A DNA stretch of 64,000 bases, taken from positions 576,001 through 640,000 of the forward strand of contig OZ241326.1 in the NCBI GenBank assembly GCA_965199855.1, in the 5' to 3' direction. The stretch's first letter is position 1, and each line of letters opens with the position of its first letter. The translations under genes were made by a program, and so were the position numbers. Below, piece after piece: positions 60,216 to 64,000 of this stretch. Origin of the DNA: a bacterium (GTDB lineage: Bacteria > UBA8248). The notes below the pieces were generated by a model. That model did not search any database and had not been told where the DNA came from. It was given only the letters and a program-made list of their open reading frames with translations.

Positions 60216-61589
60216 ATGGATGAACTCAGGGTATTGTCCGTGTGCGGAAATCTGGGCTACGGGTTTCCCGAAGCCTCTCTTGCGAACGGCATCGCGCGCG
60301 ACCCGCACTTCATGGGGGCGGACAACGGCTCCACGGACGCCGGGCCCTATTATCTCGGAAGCGGCGATCAGCTCACGAAGCGCGAGCAGATATTGCGCGA
60401 CCTGGGCTTTTCGCTCGCCGCCGCCAGAAGGAAGAGGATACCCTACGTCATCGGCTCGGCGGGGACGGCGGGCGGCGACCCCCACGTGGACAGCGTGCTC
60501 GACGTGATGCGCGAGCTGGCGCGGCGCGACGGCCACCGCTTCAGGCTCGCGGTCATTCGCTCGGAGATGGACAGGGCGCTCCTCAAGCGCGCCGTCCGGG
60601 AGGGCCGGACGCGCCCTCTCGGCAATCTTCCCGAACTCACCGAGGAGATGGTGGACGAGAGCGTCCGCGTCGTCGGCCAGATGGGGCTGGACCCCTTCAC
60701 GCGGGCGCTGGAGGGGGGCGCGGAGGTCGTTCTCGCCGGACGCTCCTGCGACACCGCCATCTACGCCGCCTACGCCGCCATGCGGGGCTTCGACCTGGGC
60801 CTCGCCTTCCACATGGCGAAGATCATCGAGTGCGGCGCGCAGTGCGCCCTGCCCATCGGGGCGAACGACTGCATTCTGGGCGCGTTGCGCGGGGATCACT
60901 TCACGCTCGAGCCGATGAACGAGAAGATGCGGGTGACGCCCGGCTCCGTGGCCGCCCACATGATGTATGAGCAGCCCGACCCCTGTCTGTTCCACGAGCC
61001 CGAGGGGACAGTCGACCTCGCGGATTCGGCCTTCGAGCAGCTCGACGAGCGCCGCGTGCGGGTGAGCGGCAGCCGCTTCACGCCCGCCCCGAAGCCCACC
61101 ATCAAGCTGGAAGGGGCGCGCCTCAGGGGCTATCGGACGATCACCGTGGCCGGAATGACCGACCCGCGCCTCATAGCGAGCCTGGACGAGGTGGAGGCGA
61201 GCGTGAGGGAGACGGTCGCCGAGATGGTGCGGGGGTCGCTGGCGCCCGGGGACTACGAGCTGCGCTTCATCTTCTACGGGCGGGACGGCGTGCTGGGCCG
61301 CCCGGCGCCGGCTGCGGCGAACGGGGCGGCGCGCCCCCGGGAGGTCGGCGTGGTCATGGAGGCCATCGCGCGGGATCAGCGGACGGCGAACGCCGTCCTC
61401 TCCCTGGCGCGGAGCGGCTTTCTGCACTGCGGCTTCGAGGGGCGCAAGGCCACCGCGGGCAACCTCGCCTTCCCCTTCTCGCCGTCCGACTTCGAGGGCG
61501 GGCCGGTCTATGAGTTTCACATCTACCACCTGATGGAGCTCGAGGACGCAGGCGCGCCGTTCGAGGTCGAATACGCGCAGGTGGGCTGA
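60216..61589 (+). CDS. AtuA-like (DUF1446) protein
   Basis: GNLGYGF, DNGSTDAGPYYLG, GSAGTAGG, AGRSCD, KIIECG, GNLAFPFSP. Confidence 0.82.
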   Translation: MDELRVLSVCGNLGYGFPEASLANGIARDPHFMGADNGSTDAGPYYLGSGDQLTKREQILRDLGFSLAAARRKRIPYVIGSAGTAGGDPHVDSVLDVMRELARRDGHRFRLAVIRSEMDRALLKRAVREGRTRPLGNLPELTEEMVDESVRVVGQMGLDPFTRALEGGAEVVLAGRSCDTAIYAAYAAMRGFDLGLAFHMAKIIECGAQCALPIGANDCILGALRGDHFTLEPMNEKMRVTPGSVAAHMMYEQPDPCLFHEPEGTVDLADSAFEQLDERRVRVSGSRFTPAPKPTIKLEGARLRGYRTITVAGMTDPRLIASLDEVEASVRETVAEMVRGSLAPGDYELRFIFYGRDGVLGRPAPAAANGAARPREVGVVMEAIARDQRTANAVLSLARSGFLHCGFEGRKATAGNLAFPFSPSDFEGGPVYEFHIYHLMELEDAGAPFEVEYAQVG

Positions 61590-61591
61590 GG

Positions 61592-61903
61592 ATGGAGCGG
61601 CTCTACGACCTGGCCGAGGTGCTGCGCAGCAAGAACGCGGGCCCCCTGAGCATCACCATCGATCTGCTGTTCCCCGACGAGGCGGCATACAGGCGGGTCG
61701 CCGACAGCGAGGCGCTCTCGCCCGGCGTCGTCGCCGAGCTCTACGAACTGGCGGTCGAGGACGTGAGGATCATCCATTTCGACGCGGCCAACGCCATCAA
61801 GATCACCCTGCCGAGAAAGGGGCCGACCTCGGGCGCGCCGGGCGACCGGGACGTCTACGGCGCCCAGCAGCACGGCCCCCTGCTCGGCGTCATGATTCCC
61901 TGA
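61592..61903 (+). CDS. DUF4387 family protein
   Basis: RSKNAGP..ITIDL, AIKITLPR..SG.PGDRDVYGAQQH.PL. Confidence 0.85.
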   Translation: MERLYDLAEVLRSKNAGPLSITIDLLFPDEAAYRRVADSEALSPGVVAELYELAVEDVRIIHFDAANAIKITLPRKGPTSGAPGDRDVYGAQQHGPLLGVMIP

Positions 61904-61954
61904 AGCCGAAGCCCCGGCGGCCGCGCGGCGCCGGGGGACGAGGAGGCCTCCCCG

Positions 61955-63340
61955 ATGGACGTCGAACGGGTCATTGCGCGAATCGAGGAGGATTTCGAGT
62001 CCTCCCACCTCGAGCGTCTTCTGAAATACATCCGCCAGCCGAGCGTCTCCGCCCTGAACCTCGGAAACGAGGAGATGGCGCGGATGCTGGCCGAGGAGAT
62101 CGCCGAGGCCGGCGGCAGCGCGGAGGTGGTGGAGACTTCGGAGTTTCCCGTCGTCTTCGGCTTCATCGACGAGGGCGCGGAGCGGACGCTCCTCTGTCAC
62201 GGCCTCTACGACGTGACGCCGGCGGAGGAGCCGAACTGGATGAACCCGCCCTTCGAGCCGCGCGTCCGGGAGCTGGAGGGGCTGGGGCGCTGCGTCGTGG
62301 GGCGCGGCGCGGAGGACATGAAGACGGGCATCGCCTGCGCGATGAACGCGGTGTTCGCCGCGCGCGCCGCCGGCGAGAGGCTGCCGATCAACCTGATGTT
62401 CGTCCACGAGGCGTCCGAGCTCGGAAGCGGCGGAATCATGGACTTCTTCCCGCGCTACCGGGAGAGGATGCGGAAGGCGGACGCCGTCTGCTGGCTCTGC
62501 CCCATGGCGCACGCCGACGGGACGCCCATCGTCCCCCTGGGGCTCAAAGGCAACCTGATGGGCAGGCTCTTCTGCCGTCCGGGGGCGTGGGGCGGGCCGA
62601 CGGGTAACGAGATTCACGCCCTCCACGCCAACTGGGTGGGCAATCCCGCCGAGCGCCTGGCCGAGGCGGTCGTCCATCTGCAGGCGAGGCTGGGGGAGAT
62701 ATACGAAAGCGGCGCGGGGTGGACGCCGAGCGCGGCGCAGGAGGCGCTCTGCCGGGAGCTTGCGGCGCGCATGGACCCCGAAGCGCTCAGGCGAACCCTG
62801 GGAGTCGAGCGGCTTCGCCGGGAGGATTTTCGCGCCGCCCTCCGCGCCCACCTGTTCAAGCCGGAGTTCACCCTCATCGGGCTTCAGGCGGGCTTCATCG
62901 GCGAGGGAAAATCCGTCAAGGTGAGCATCCCCTCCGAGGCGCAGGCGGTGGTGAACATGCGCTTTCAGCCGGGGGAGGATCCGGACGAGCGCATAGAGAA
63001 CGTCCGCGCCATCCTCGCCGAGGGCGGCTACGGCGACGTGGAGTTCGTCGTGAACAACCGCTACGCGGGCGGCGGAACGGCGCCGGATCACCCCCTCGTC
63101 GCGTGCGTTCTCGAGGCGCACGCCGCCATGGGCGCGGACCCTGAGGTCTGGCCCGCGCATCCGGCGGGGATGCCGGTCGCGCTGTGGACGGAAGGTCTGG
63201 GCGTTCCCTGGATCGGCGGGCTTCCCTGCCACGCCATGAACAAGCACGCGGCGAACGAATACGCGCAGACGGCGGGCGTCCTCCGCGCCGAGAAGTTCCT
63301 GGCGCGCCTCTTCGAGGGCTTCTCGCGGCTCTCGTATTGA
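61955..63340 (+). CDS. M20 dipeptidase-like hydrolase
   Basis: QPSVSA, HGLYDVTP..W..PPFEP, GRGAEDMK, HAANEY. Confidence 0.85.
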   Translation: MDVERVIARIEEDFESSHLERLLKYIRQPSVSALNLGNEEMARMLAEEIAEAGGSAEVVETSEFPVVFGFIDEGAERTLLCHGLYDVTPAEEPNWMNPPFEPRVRELEGLGRCVVGRGAEDMKTGIACAMNAVFAARAAGERLPINLMFVHEASELGSGGIMDFFPRYRERMRKADAVCWLCPMAHADGTPIVPLGLKGNLMGRLFCRPGAWGGPTGNEIHALHANWVGNPAERLAEAVVHLQARLGEIYESGAGWTPSAAQEALCRELAARMDPEALRRTLGVERLRREDFRAALRAHLFKPEFTLIGLQAGFIGEGKSVKVSIPSEAQAVVNMRFQPGEDPDERIENVRAILAEGGYGDVEFVVNNRYAGGGTAPDHPLVACVLEAHAAMGADPEVWPAHPAGMPVALWTEGLGVPWIGGLPCHAMNKHAANEYAQTAGVLRAEKFLARLFEGFSRLSY

Positions 63341-63664
63341 CGGGAGGCGGGGGCGTCCGCGTTCTCTCTTTCCTCAAAGCGGCGCGGGACGCGAACGGCC
63401 CCGGAAGGCGTATCAATAAGAGGGCGGCCGCTTGCCGGGCGAGGCGCCCGGCGCGGGAGACCCCTTATTACTTCAGCCCGGGGATGTCTCGGGAATCGGG
63501 GTGAAAGGATTCGGCAGGCCGTGAAGCGCCGTGGTCGGGCTTGGAAAGCGTTGAGCGACCCGACCTGAAGAGTTCTCCGAATGGCTCGACCCCTGTCCGG
63601 GAGAAGCGCGCGGCTCCGCAACAGGCGGGCCCCGCCTTTTGAAAAAACGCACCCGGTCCGAGAA

Positions 63665-64000
63665 TCACCCGCTTCCCGCAGGCGGCCAGACGCGCTCTCC
63701 CAGGCTGGGAGAGCTGGGGGCGTGAACCAGGGTGCTCACCGCCCGGCGCGAGCGGGGTATCTTCTCCGTGATGAAGTTTTCCCGGAGGGATTCGAGGGAG
63801 ACCCACTCGTAGAGAATGCCGTGTTTGGCCCAGCCGGAAACCGAAACCAGATTGCGCGCCCCGACGCATCCCTTCATCCTCGTCAATCTGGGCATTCGCT
63901 CCTGGGCGTACCAGCACCCCAGCTCATCCTCGTTTTCAACGGCGTTGACGTTGAAGGTTCCGAACTGGATGCCGGGGCCCGGCGTGAGGCCCGGCGCGCG
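63665..64000 (-). CDS. Hypothetical protein, possibly dimeric alpha-beta barrel (5'-partial at window edge)
   Basis: Open frame from edge: RAPGLTPGPGIQFGTFNV..WYAQERMP..GCVGARNLVSVSGWAKHGILYEW. Confidence 0.65.
   Translation of the reverse strand, partial: RAPGLTPGPGIQFGTFNVNAVENEDELGCWYAQERMPRLTRMKGCVGARNLVSVSGWAKHGILYEWVSLESLRENFITEKIPRSRRAVSTLVHAPSSPSLGERVWPPAGSG

Overview
High-GC bacterial chromosomal window (GC judged by eye; most long ORFs in the track are antisense shadow ORFs). Core content: a 5'-partial tctA, hsp20 with a HAIR-like operator, a complete urtABCDE-ureABCEFGD urea uptake/urease cluster, and a tctCBA transporter. It also has many catabolic genes (amidase, Baeyer-Villiger monooxygenase, three acyl-CoA-dehydrogenase-fold proteins, Zn dehydrogenases, a ThDP enzyme, a crotonase, M20 hydrolases, RidA, AtuA/DUF4387), tRNA-Ser(GGA) and pfkA. 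Interspersed is a dense set of DNA modification/defence loci: an RM pair with an in-frame TAG in the endonuclease, bracketed by 73-bp direct repeats; a 4.4-kb low-GC island (88-aa protein, 847-aa GHKL/MORC-like ATPase, convergent N4-C-type methyltransferase); two paralogous type IIG-like RM fusions; an orphan methyltransferase; and a dual-OB/DUF488/DUF488 triad. The most unusual non-genic signal is a free-standing ~165-nt transcription unit divergent from tRNA-Ser. It has a sigma70-like promoter, a 14-15 nt complement to the 16S rRNA 3' end, a 12-codon ORF, a structured 3' region and a terminator. All family calls come from motif recognition, with no database searches.
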